Positions 1 to 7,791 of a stretch of DNA of 32,000 nt are shown piece by piece. A program made the translations under genes and the position numbers. The stretch is from positions 1,350,001 to 1,382,000 of the forward strand of contig OW818668.1 of the NCBI GenBank assembly GCA_942493105.1. The letters run 5' to 3'. The DNA comes from an uncultured Erysipelotrichaceae bacterium. GTDB taxonomy: Bacteria > Bacillota_I > Bacilli_A > Erysipelotrichales > Erysipelotrichaceae. Every line of letters begins with the position of its first letter. Within the stretch, counting starts at the first letter, position 1. A model generated the notes under the pieces. The model was given only the letters and a program-made list of their open reading frames with translations, searched no databases and was not told the DNA's origin.

Positions 1-170
1 TCAAATGTTTTGAAGATACTATAGTCTACGGTTCTTATGTCTTTGCTTCGTCTAATCCATCTTTTTTTTCTATTACTGAAACCTAAAATAAAGAAAAGAT
101 AGCTTAAACCAATCAAAATTATTATGAACAAAACAATGATAACTGTGATGGTCAACTGAAGCTCTTGCAT
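1..170 (-). CDS. Hypothetical membrane-anchored protein, N-terminal fragment (gene runs off the left edge)
   Basis: Absent from the ORF track because no stop lies inside the window. The reverse-strand ATG at 170-168 opens a frame that stays open to position 1. Translation: MQELQLTITVIIVLFIIILIGLSYLFFILGFSNRKKRWIRRSKDIRTVDYSIFKTF..., a hydrophobic helix followed by a basic patch. No SD; a -10-like box lies 6 nt upstream. Confidence 0.35.
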   Translation of the reverse strand, partial: MQELQLTITVIIVLFIIILIGLSYLFFILGFSNRKKRWIRRSKDIRTVDYSIFKTF

Positions 171-172
171 AA

Positions 173-185
173 TGATATAATACCA
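173..185. promoter_or_regulatory. Back-to-back extended -10 elements in a divergent intergenic region
   Basis: The + strand has TGATATAAT at 173-181 (TGn+TATAAT) upstream of the ArsR-family gene. The - strand has TGGTATTAT at 185-177, ending 6 nt before the reverse ATG at 170-168. Confidence 0.4.
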
Positions 186-211
186 TTATAAAACGATAAA
201 TGAGGTCAAAA

Positions 212-919
212 ATGATAGATCCATCTTTACTTAAAAGCATACAGAATCAAGTGTTTGGAGAGCCTGAGATATTTAATCAAAGTGAAGCTCAACTGGCTCA
301 GCAAATCCTTCATCATCATCCCGCAAACACAGCTCAGGATGCCTTTTTATTAATGGCCTGTGCCAACTTTATCAATGCCTATATCAAACAAGTCAAAGAT
401 CCAAACGATAACTTTTCTTACAGTTTTAAATTCAAGGTTTCTGATTTAGCAGAAGCGTGGTCGATTAAACCCATTGAAGGGGTCAAAGTCATCCGTTATA
501 AAGATGTGACCTACATCGAAGTCGGTCCTTTACAGTTTAGTTTTCATTATCTTCAAAATGAACCTGCAATAGCACTTTCAAATACTCAAGATCCTTGGGC
601 AAAACTTAAACTACAACCCTTTGCGCAACGGATCTTACACAGTGCCATTGATCAATTCCCAATCAGCAGTGAGACCTATGCTTTACAGCTCAAAGCCTTA
701 TCCGATCATACGCGTTTACAGATTTTTCAATTGGCTAAAGAAGGAGAGGTCTGTGCTTGTGATCTGATCAAACAGTTTAATTTGACTCAGCCTACCTTAT
801 CTTTCCATATGAAACAATTGGTTCAATGTGACTTGATGTTGGCTCGTAAAGAAGGCAAATGGGTCAAATATCGTTTAAATCTTTTCGCAGCCCTTAAATT
901 GAAACAGCACCTTGGATAA
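212..919 (+). CDS. ArsR/SmtB-family transcriptional regulator with a ~160-aa uncharacterised N-terminal domain
   Basis: The C-terminal ~75 aa (LKALSDHTRLQIFQLAKEGEVCACDLIKQFNLTQPTLSFHMKQLVQCDLMLARKEGKWVKYRL) form a typical ArsR winged HTH and include the CxCDL metalloid-site motif. The N-terminal part matches no family I recognise. The track ORF starts at 200, but the ATG at 212 has GAGG (202-205) at SD distance. Confidence 0.8.
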   Translation: MIDPSLLKSIQNQVFGEPEIFNQSEAQLAQQILHHHPANTAQDAFLLMACANFINAYIKQVKDPNDNFSYSFKFKVSDLAEAWSIKPIEGVKVIRYKDVTYIEVGPLQFSFHYLQNEPAIALSNTQDPWAKLKLQPFAQRILHSAIDQFPISSETYALQLKALSDHTRLQIFQLAKEGEVCACDLIKQFNLTQPTLSFHMKQLVQCDLMLARKEGKWVKYRLNLFAALKLKQHLG

Positions 920-961
920 TCGATAAGACTTGAATTCATATAAAAAAGGTTTATCATATAG

Positions 962-973
962 ATAGATATCTAT
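962..973. promoter_or_regulatory. Perfect 12-bp palindrome ATAGATATCTAT, candidate ArsR-type operator
   Basis: It lies between the ArsR-family gene and the thioredoxin-fold gene. It is flanked by a direct repeat ATCGATAAGA (919-928 and 976-985). SD GGAGGA at 1011-1016 precedes the ATG at 1020. Confidence 0.35.
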
Positions 974-1019
974 ACATCGATAAGAAGTAACTATGATGTA
1001 GATTGATCTTGGAGGAACT

Positions 1020-1280
1020 ATGATCATCAAAATACTTGGGATTGGTTGTTCAAATTGTATAAGACTAGAAGAAAATACAAGGACAGCACTAAAAAATCTT
1101 GGCTTAAATGCTGAGATCATAAAAGTAAAAGATATGGTGGATATCGCAGCCTATGGCATCATGAGGACACCTGGTTTGGTGATTGATGAAAAGGTCGTGT
1201 CTTATGGAAAGGTACTTAATGTCCAAGAAGTCATGGCCATTTTGAATCAACCTGGCCAAATCAAATTTAACGTTAAGTGA
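1020..1280 (+). CDS. Small thioredoxin-fold protein (redox-active disulfide protein 2 type)
   Basis: 86 aa. N-terminal MIIKILGIGCSNCIRLEEN carries a CxxC motif right after beta-1. RTPGLVIDEKVVSYG supplies the cis-Pro region. This matches the family usually found next to ArsR regulators. Strong SD. Confidence 0.75.
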   Translation: MIIKILGIGCSNCIRLEENTRTALKNLGLNAEIIKVKDMVDIAAYGIMRTPGLVIDEKVVSYGKVLNVQEVMAILNQPGQIKFNVK

Positions 1281-1284
1281 AATT

Positions 1285-1293
1285 TGTTATAAT
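1285..1293 (+). promoter_or_regulatory. Extended -10 promoter element TGTTATAAT placed 6 nt before the ATG at 1300
   Basis: The sequence reads TGTTATAAT-tgaatc-ATG. There is no SD between the box and the start codon, which suggests a leaderless transcript. Confidence 0.4.
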
Positions 1294-1299
1294 TGAATC

Positions 1300-2364
1300 A
1301 TGAAAGAAAATAAGCTAATATCGACCCTAGTTGTTGCATCGCTTATTTTTCTTATGGGGATCATGACATTAAATGCCTTTATTCCAAAACACAGCACTTT
1401 CAGTTCACTGAGTTTTGTCAGTGAAAAATTAATTGCTCAGGGATATACACATAAAGAAACACAAGGCATTCAAGATCAATTACCTGTAGATGTTCAAATC
1501 AGATTATCTACACAACCCTATCAAAAATATGCAGTCGAGAGAGCGCTGTATCCTTTCTTTGAAATCTTAAATGATAAAGGATATACCAAAAGAGAAATCA
1601 ATGTTCTCAGTTTATTGGACACTTCAGTGCTGTTTCAAGTGATAGAACATGAAACAATAGAAGATCCCATCTCTTGGTTTGAAACAGATTATTTCTTACC
1701 CAATAGGCTGATCAGATATTTAAATTACCAAGACCAAAAACCTTCTTATTCTTATCGCCAAGTCGTTGAACTTGTAAATACGGATCGAGATCATCAAGCA
1801 TATATTGACATTAGCCCAGCAAACTTTGATGCAACGATCTTGCTGGTCAATAAATATCACTATGTTCCCAAAGATTACGTTCCTGTTAATTTGATCAAAG
1901 CTCAAGGTTGTGGTAGACCAACATTACAGGTTGAGGCTGCTCAAGCTTATGATTTGATGTGTCAAGCGATTACCGAAGATCATCTGCCTTTAAGTACATC
2001 CACATCTTATCGCTCTTATTCGTTTCAATCTGCTTTATACAATAGCTATTTAAAATTCTACGGAAGAGAAGCAAGCGATGAATTCTCAGCTCGACCTGGG
2101 TTTTCTGAACATCAAACGGGTTTAGCGGTAGATGTGAATGCTGGTGAAGGTGGCAGAGGATTTTTCGTAAACAGTGATAGTTACCAATGGATGTTAGACA
2201 ATGCTTATCGATTTGGATTCATATTGCGTTATCCTAAAGGTAAAGAAGAGATTACAGGGTATCAGTTTGAGTCGTGGCATTATACTTATGTGGGGTTTGA
2301 TATTGCTCACTGGATCAAATTAAAAGGCATTACACTTGATGAAGCTTCTCTTTTTATAGAATAA
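1300..2364 (+). CDS. D-alanyl-D-alanine carboxypeptidase, VanY / peptidase M15B family, membrane anchored
   Basis: N-terminal TM helix (LISTLVVASLIFLMGIMTLNAF). Zn-ligand motifs of M15B are present: SARPGFSEHQTGLAVDV (H-x6-D) and FESWHYTYVG (E-x-W-H). Confidence 0.85.
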   Translation: MKENKLISTLVVASLIFLMGIMTLNAFIPKHSTFSSLSFVSEKLIAQGYTHKETQGIQDQLPVDVQIRLSTQPYQKYAVERALYPFFEILNDKGYTKREINVLSLLDTSVLFQVIEHETIEDPISWFETDYFLPNRLIRYLNYQDQKPSYSYRQVVELVNTDRDHQAYIDISPANFDATILLVNKYHYVPKDYVPVNLIKAQGCGRPTLQVEAAQAYDLMCQAITEDHLPLSTSTSYRSYSFQSALYNSYLKFYGREASDEFSARPGFSEHQTGLAVDVNAGEGGRGFFVNSDSYQWMLDNAYRFGFILRYPKGKEEITGYQFESWHYTYVGFDIAHWIKLKGITLDEASLFIE

Positions 2365-2388
2365 GGTATAATACAGAAAAGGTGCCCC

Positions 2389-3375
2389 ATGGATAAGATC
2401 TCCCTTAATGCAGGCGTTATCGTATACAATGCTGAAAAATTACTGAATCTTTCGTATGATGACTATGTCAAATGGAAAAAGAAACCGAACTTTACACCAG
2501 ATGTGGTTTGGATCAATATCGATGATAAATCATCTTTTAAAAGTGCCAAGACCTTAATCGACTCGTATCATTTTCATCCCATCTTATTAGAATATGCTCA
2601 AGAAACAAATCGTAGAGCTTCTCTTCAATTGATTGAAAAAGAACTCTTCATGGTTGGTAAGATGATGTATTATGCCAAAGAAGAGCTTATTTTTGAACAG
2701 ATATCCATGATTTATCATGATGGATTATTGGTAACCATGGGTGAACTTGAAGGGGATGTCTATGATTCAATCAGAGAACGACTTCAAAATCCTCAAGATC
2801 CATTAAGAGGTCGAAAAACAGACTATCTTTTATATACATTGCTTGATCGTTTGGTCGATGCTTACTTTGATGTGATCACGCAAATTGAAGAAGATGTTGA
2901 AGACTTGGAAGAACGCGTTTTGCATGTCCACGCCCAACAGAACCTACATGAGATAAGAACTCTGAAACGTGATTTGTTGTATATGCATAAACACATATGG
3001 CCACTTAGAGATGTATTGTCCAGACTATCTCATGGTGAACAAACCATAACCGTTGAAACACAGATCTATCTAAGAGATGTTCAAGACCATTTGTATCAGG
3101 TCTTAGATTCAGTAGATACTTTACGCGAAGTATTATCTTCTTTGGTTGATATCTATCTGTCAAATGCCTCCATCAAAATGAATGAAATCATGAAAGTTTT
3201 GACCATCATCTCAACCATTTTCATTCCGTTAACGTTTATTGCGGGAGTATATGGGATGAACTTTAAATATATGCCGGAGTTGACGTGGGTCTATGGTTAT
3301 CCTCTGATCATGGGAGGCATGTTGGTTGTAGCTATAGGCTTACTGATTTATTTCAAACGAAAGAAATGGTTCTAG
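2389..3375 (+). CDS. corA: Magnesium/cobalt transporter CorA
   Basis: 328 aa with two C-terminal TM helices and the signature YGMNFKYMPE (GMN motif). SD AAAGGTG lies upstream. Confidence 0.9.
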   Translation: MDKISLNAGVIVYNAEKLLNLSYDDYVKWKKKPNFTPDVVWINIDDKSSFKSAKTLIDSYHFHPILLEYAQETNRRASLQLIEKELFMVGKMMYYAKEELIFEQISMIYHDGLLVTMGELEGDVYDSIRERLQNPQDPLRGRKTDYLLYTLLDRLVDAYFDVITQIEEDVEDLEERVLHVHAQQNLHEIRTLKRDLLYMHKHIWPLRDVLSRLSHGEQTITVETQIYLRDVQDHLYQVLDSVDTLREVLSSLVDIYLSNASIKMNEIMKVLTIISTIFIPLTFIAGVYGMNFKYMPELTWVYGYPLIMGGMLVVAIGLLIYFKRKKWF

Positions 3376-3408
3376 AGTCAATTAAGGCTCGTTTAGAAAG
3401 TGAACGCT

Positions 3409-4131
3409 ATGATTCATTATGTACGCTTGCCTCTCGAAGGCACGACCAATACCCGTGATTTAGGCGGTTATTCAACCAAAGATGGCCATTCAACGAAATG
3501 GCATGCTTTTATACGTTCAGATGATTTAGCGCTTCTAAGCGATCATGATAAGAAGTTCCTAGAAGAGTATGGCTTAAAAACGATCATCGATCTTAGAAGT
3601 GCCATGGAATTATCGATGCGACCCAATCCTTATCTTCATCATGAACACATTCATTACCATAATGTCTCCTTGTTTGAAAAAGCAGATCCTGAAAGATTAG
3701 CAACCTTATCTTTGGATACACTGGGCGGGATGTATGTAGATATCCTGATCAATCATAAAAATCAGATCAAAACAGTTATGGAAATCATCGCTGATGCCCC
3801 GGAAGGAACGATCCTTTTTCATTGTGCTGCAGGAAAAGATCGGACAGGGGTCATTGCCATGTTGCTTTTAGGGCTGGCTAAAGTCCGTAATCGAGACATC
3901 GTATCCAACTATGAAGTCAGTTACACTAACTTAAAACGCAATGCCTACTTTAAAGAAAATAAGGATTCCTTATCTCATTTAATGACATCAACCAATACAT
4001 ATATGGAAGATACCTTACGTTATCTATATGCTCATTATCCTTCAATTGAAGCTTATCTTTTGGATATTGGATGTAGCCAAGCGTTACTGGATAAAATCAA
4101 AGCTCGTTTTGTTTTAGAGGATCAAACATGA
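3409..4131 (+). CDS. Protein-tyrosine phosphatase (Y_phosphatase3-like, CX5R)
   Basis: Active-site loop HCAAGKDRTG. The N-terminal LPLEGTTNTRDLGG is typical of this family. The track ORF begins at GTG 3400; I prefer ATG 3409, but the start is uncertain. Confidence 0.8.
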   Translation: MIHYVRLPLEGTTNTRDLGGYSTKDGHSTKWHAFIRSDDLALLSDHDKKFLEEYGLKTIIDLRSAMELSMRPNPYLHHEHIHYHNVSLFEKADPERLATLSLDTLGGMYVDILINHKNQIKTVMEIIADAPEGTILFHCAAGKDRTGVIAMLLLGLAKVRNRDIVSNYEVSYTNLKRNAYFKENKDSLSHLMTSTNTYMEDTLRYLYAHYPSIEAYLLDIGCSQALLDKIKARFVLEDQT

Positions 4132-4907
4132 GAAGATTTACCCTGATTACGGGCGCTTCAAGTGGTTTAGGACTAGATTATGCCACTGAATATGCCAAGG
4201 CTCATGAAAATCTGATCTTGATTGCCAGAAGAATAGATCGCTTAGAAACCATCAAAGCTGATTTAGAAACAAAATATCCCATTGAAGTGTTGATATATCA
4301 GGTAGATCTGTCTGATCAAAAACAAACACAACACTTTCTTATGCAGATCCCAGACGATATTTTTGTATTTAGATTGATCAACAATGCTGGATTTGGGCAT
4401 CATGATGCGTTTGAAGACGTTCCAAAAGCAGTGGTGTCAGGTATGATCGAAGTCAATGTCTTATCACTCACTTATTTAGCTCATCATTTCATTCCTAAAA
4501 TGAAAGCAGCTCAAGAAGGCGAGATCTTGAATGTTGCCTCGATGGCAGCATTTACACCGGGTCCATTTATGGCAGAATACTATGCGACAAAAGCTTATGT
4601 GGTTTCGTTTTCTTTGGCACTTCATGAAGAGTTAAAACCTTTTAAAATCAAGGTTAGTGCTCTATGTCCTGGTCCTACTCATACAGAGTTTGGTCAAGCA
4701 GCTCATTATAAACATCATGACGGGATTCAAAATAAAGTTTCTATGGCTTCATTGCCTGTCGTTCAGATGTCGATCAAAGCGCTTAAAAAGAATAAGGCGA
4801 TCGCTGTTCCAGGTTTTACAAACAAAGTTCTCAAAGTATTGTTGAGCCTTATTCCAAGTCAACTCAGTGCTAAAGTCATCTCAAGGATACAAAAACAGAG
4901 GTTTTAA
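4128..4907 (+). CDS. Short-chain dehydrogenase/reductase (SDR) family oxidoreductase
   Basis: TGASSGLG cofactor motif, NNAG, and catalytic YYATKAYV (YxxxK). The start overlaps the upstream stop (ATGA). Confidence 0.85.
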   Translation: MRRFTLITGASSGLGLDYATEYAKAHENLILIARRIDRLETIKADLETKYPIEVLIYQVDLSDQKQTQHFLMQIPDDIFVFRLINNAGFGHHDAFEDVPKAVVSGMIEVNVLSLTYLAHHFIPKMKAAQEGEILNVASMAAFTPGPFMAEYYATKAYVVSFSLALHEELKPFKIKVSALCPGPTHTEFGQAAHYKHHDGIQNKVSMASLPVVQMSIKALKKNKAIAVPGFTNKVLKVLLSLIPSQLSAKVISRIQKQRF

Positions 4908-4925
4908 GCCTCTGTTTTAAATAGT
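4892..4925. terminator. Bidirectional hairpin terminator shared by the convergent SDR and queT genes
   Basis: AAAACAGAGG (4892-4901) pairs with CCTCTGTTTT (4909-4918) around the 7-nt loop TTTTAAG. An A-tract precedes it and a T-tract follows, so it can work on both strands. Both stop codons (4905-4907 on +, 4904-4906 on -) lie in the loop. Confidence 0.55.
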
Positions 4926-5422
4926 TTTGTTTTTTTAAGCATTTGTACTAAGGGATAACCAATGACGATGACACTGATGGCTTCTCCAATCGCAACACTC
5001 AAGGCATAGAAGACAAACATACCTAAGGTGTTTGGTCCAAAGACCACCATCAATTCATACCCTATGATTAGTCCATTGATCAGGATCGGCATCATCAAAG
5101 ATACTATAGGGATCCCTTTAAAAGTTAGCGTTCTAAAGCGATAGGTCAATAAAGCAGCCATCAAAGTCGCCAAAGTTCCCCATAAAACATCCCAATAACC
5201 TAAGATATTGATGCCTGTCGCAGCCCCAATCAGATTGGTGAGCGAACAGCCTAAACTCAATGACCAGATGGGCCAAGGGGCTAAAAGGGGTAAAACGGTG
5301 AGTGCTTCGGAGATTCTAACTTGGACAGGTCCAAAAGAATAAGGCGCCAATACAAAAGACAAGGCCGTATAAAGTGCCGCAATCATCGTTATTTGAACCC
5401 AAATCTTTAATTTTTTACGCAT
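4904..5422 (-). CDS. queT: QueT-like queuosine-precursor transporter (ECF S-component-like membrane protein)
   Basis: Start MRKKLKIWVQITMIAALYTALSFVLAPYSFGPVQVRISEALTVL; the A-P-x-S-x-G-x-VQ-x-RISE pattern is typical of QueT/YpdP. About 5 TM helices. The ATG at 5422 has SD AAAGGA. The 26 extra codons in the track ORF lie upstream of the promoter. Confidence 0.6.
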   Translation of the reverse strand: MRKKLKIWVQITMIAALYTALSFVLAPYSFGPVQVRISEALTVLPLLAPWPIWSLSLGCSLTNLIGAATGINILGYWDVLWGTLATLMAALLTYRFRTLTFKGIPIVSLMMPILINGLIIGYELMVVFGPNTLGMFVFYALSVAIGEAISVIVIGYPLVQMLKKTKLFKTEA

Positions 5423-5443
5423 AGAACGTCCTTTAACCCAGGT

Positions 5444-5472
5444 ATTGTATATAATAATAACGGAACTTTCAA
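5444..5472 (-). promoter_or_regulatory. Sigma-A-type promoter for queT
   Basis: Reverse strand reads TTGAAA-17 nt-TACAAT. This leaves only a ~15-nt leader before the ATG at 5422. Confidence 0.55.
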
Positions 5473-5475
5473 GCA

Positions 5476-6174
5476 ATGAATCAATTTGAACGAATTTCAC
5501 TCTTACTTACAGATGAACAATTAGATCGACTTCACAATGCACACGTGATGGTTTTTGGGATGGGTGGGGTAGGCAGCTTTGTTTGCGAGGCTTTGATCAG
5601 AAGTGGTATCGGACAGATCTCACTGGTCGACCATGATGATGTTGATCTAACCAATATCAATCGTCAACTGATCGCAACCCATCAAACCTTGGGCACAAAA
5701 AAAGTAGACGCCATGAAAGAACGCTTATTGTCGATCAATCCTGAAGCTACAATCAACACTTATCCCATCTTTTATAAAGAGGACCGTGAGATTTCACTTG
5801 AAGGGGTAGACTTTGTGGTGGATGCGATCGACAGTGTTCCTTCAAAAATTACACTGATGGCCCAATGTGAAAAAGCAGGCTTACCAATGATCATGGCATG
5901 CGGTACCGGTAATAAAATGAATCCACTAGATTTAAGAGTCAGTCAGCTCTATAAAACCGAAATGGATCCTTTGGCGAAGAAGTTAAGAACACTTGCGAAA
6001 GCGCGAGGTCTAAAAAGTGTCAAAGTCGTGTATTCGATCGAATCACCGCAAATGACCCTTCAAGAAAAAGGGACGCATGAAAAAGTCATCATCGGATCCA
6101 TGGTGTTTGTGCCTGGATCTGCTGGATTACTGATTGCCAGTGAAGTCGTCAAAGAACTGCTTAAAATGGTATAA
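5476..6174 (+). CDS. tcdA: tRNA threonylcarbamoyladenosine dehydratase (ThiF/MoeB/HesA family, TcdA type)
   Basis: VMVFGMGGVGSFVCEALIRSGIGQISLVDHDDVDLTNINRQ is the E1-like Rossmann motif. The ~230-aa size and single-domain architecture fit TcdA/YrvM. Confidence 0.8.
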   Translation: MNQFERISLLLTDEQLDRLHNAHVMVFGMGGVGSFVCEALIRSGIGQISLVDHDDVDLTNINRQLIATHQTLGTKKVDAMKERLLSINPEATINTYPIFYKEDREISLEGVDFVVDAIDSVPSKITLMAQCEKAGLPMIMACGTGNKMNPLDLRVSQLYKTEMDPLAKKLRTLAKARGLKSVKVVYSIESPQMTLQEKGTHEKVIIGSMVFVPGSAGLLIASEVVKELLKMV

Positions 6175-6192
6175 TAAACAAAAAGGAAATTT

Positions 6193-6912
6193 ATGGAAAA
6201 AGAACTTAGAATCGCGGTGTTAATTGATGCAGACAATGTCTCAGAGAAATATGTACGAGTTGTCTTTGACGAAGTTTTGAATCATGGGACTGCCACTTAT
6301 AAAAGAATCTACGGTGATTGGACAAAACCCCAGTTTGCAAAATGGAAAGATGTCTTATTGAATTATAGTATTTCACCGATTCAACAATACGGTTACACTC
6401 AAGGCAAGAATTCAACCGATTCTGCTTTGATCATCGATGCGATGGATATCTTATATTCAGGCAATGTCGATGGTTTTTGTATCGTATCTTCGGATAGCGA
6501 CTTTACACGCTTGGCATCACGTTTAAGAGAAGCTGGGAAGTATGTGTTGGGTATGGGTGAAAAGAAGACGCCACAGCCTTTTATTGCGGCCTGTGAGAAG
6601 TTTAAATATCTGGAAGTCTTATTAAAAGACTATACGCCAGAATCTATCGATGATAAAGGCGTCAAAGCCAATAAGAATGATTTGACTGAGATGATCAAAT
6701 CGATCATCAAAGAAAACAGTGATGATGATGGTTGGTCATTTATGGGAGAAATCGGAAACTATATTTCTAAACGTATGCCTGAATTTGATACCCGTAACTA
6801 TGGCTATCAAAAACTGACACCTTTGATTTCATCGATGAAGATCTTTGAGATCCAATCCAGAAAGACCCCTAATCCAAACATCACGCATAAGTACGTGAAA
6901 ATCAAAGAGTAA
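6193..6912 (+). CDS. NYN-domain (LabA-like) protein with C-terminal OST-HTH/LOTUS domain
   Basis: N-terminal IAVLIDADNVS...FCIVSSDSDFTRLASRLREAGKYVLGMG follows the NYN/PIN-like pattern. C-terminal GWSFMGEIGNYISKRMPEFDTRNYGYQKLTPLISS follows the LOTUS pattern. SD AAAGGAAA. Confidence 0.8.
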   Translation: MEKELRIAVLIDADNVSEKYVRVVFDEVLNHGTATYKRIYGDWTKPQFAKWKDVLLNYSISPIQQYGYTQGKNSTDSALIIDAMDILYSGNVDGFCIVSSDSDFTRLASRLREAGKYVLGMGEKKTPQPFIAACEKFKYLEVLLKDYTPESIDDKGVKANKNDLTEMIKSIIKENSDDDGWSFMGEIGNYISKRMPEFDTRNYGYQKLTPLISSMKIFEIQSRKTPNPNITHKYVKIKE

Positions 6913-6915
6913 ACT

Positions 6916-7791
6916 ATGGCCTATTTGACATTAAAAGAAACATCACTTAAAAAATACAATTCATTAGGTTTAGATGTTAGTGTAGCTTTGCTTTATTTAC
7001 CTTTGGATTCCCAAGGTCTTTTAGAAGTATTGGAACTAACCAAGGCATCTAAAAGAATTTTGATCGGGAAGGGCTGTAATATTCTGCTCTCAAAAGCGTA
7101 TTATGATGCAACTTATGCCTTCATCGTTACGACCATGGAAGATGATTTAGTCTTGACAGATACTGAAATCATAGCGGATGCTGGCGTCAATTTAAGCCGT
7201 TTGGCGTGGTTTGCCTTGGAACAGTCACTTGGAGGCTATGCTTTCTTAGAAGACATTCCTGGGACCGTCGGTGGGGCTATGATTATGAATGCAGGTCAAT
7301 ATGAATTCAGTTTTGGACAGTTGGTCAACTGGATCGATTTATATGACACCTTAAGCAATACATGCTCAAGGATCATTCCGGATAAAGATTACTTTACCTA
7401 TCGTCAATCCAAGATCTCAGCCCATGAGATCGTCATTAGAGCTGGTTTAAAAGCAGAACCTGGCAATGATGAAGAAACATTGACAGCCATCTTAAAATAT
7501 AAGAAAGATCGTTATCTTAAACAACCTCGTAAATATCCCAATGCAGGATCCGTATTCAAACGTCCATATAAAGAAGGACAATCTTATTATGTTTGGAAAC
7601 TATTTGACGAGGTAGAACTGCGCGGACATCAAATCGGAGATGCCCAAGTTTCAGCCAAGCATCCTGGTTTCATCGTTAATTGCGGAAATGCGACCCCGCA
7701 AGATATGTTGGATCTTGTGAAAGAATGCCAAGATCGCGTAAAGAAACACTTTGATATTGATTTAGAACTGGAGTGGAAAATCATTGATTAA
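6916..7791 (+). CDS. murB: UDP-N-acetylenolpyruvoylglucosamine reductase
   Basis: IPGTVGGAMIMNAGQYE, YRQSK, NAGSVFKRP and VSAKHPGFIVN match the conserved MurB blocks. Confidence 0.85.
   Translation: MAYLTLKETSLKKYNSLGLDVSVALLYLPLDSQGLLEVLELTKASKRILIGKGCNILLSKAYYDATYAFIVTTMEDDLVLTDTEIIADAGVNLSRLAWFALEQSLGGYAFLEDIPGTVGGAMIMNAGQYEFSFGQLVNWIDLYDTLSNTCSRIIPDKDYFTYRQSKISAHEIVIRAGLKAEPGNDEETLTAILKYKKDRYLKQPRKYPNAGSVFKRPYKEGQSYYVWKLFDEVELRGHQIGDAQVSAKHPGFIVNCGNATPQDMLDLVKECQDRVKKHFDIDLELEWKIID

Noticed and set aside
875-1120. 81-aa reverse-strand ORF spanning the ArsR/thioredoxin-fold spacer
   Set aside because: It overlaps the ends of two well-supported + strand genes and the candidate operator. 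It has no SD or family resemblance.
5423-5475. Possible preQ1 riboswitch upstream of queT (preQ1-I/II riboswitches commonly precede queT/COG4708 genes)
   Set aside because: The divergent spacer is only 53 bp. A good TTGAAA-17-TACAAT promoter leaves a leader of about 15 nt holding just the SD. There is no P1 hairpin or A-rich tail resembling a preQ1 aptamer.
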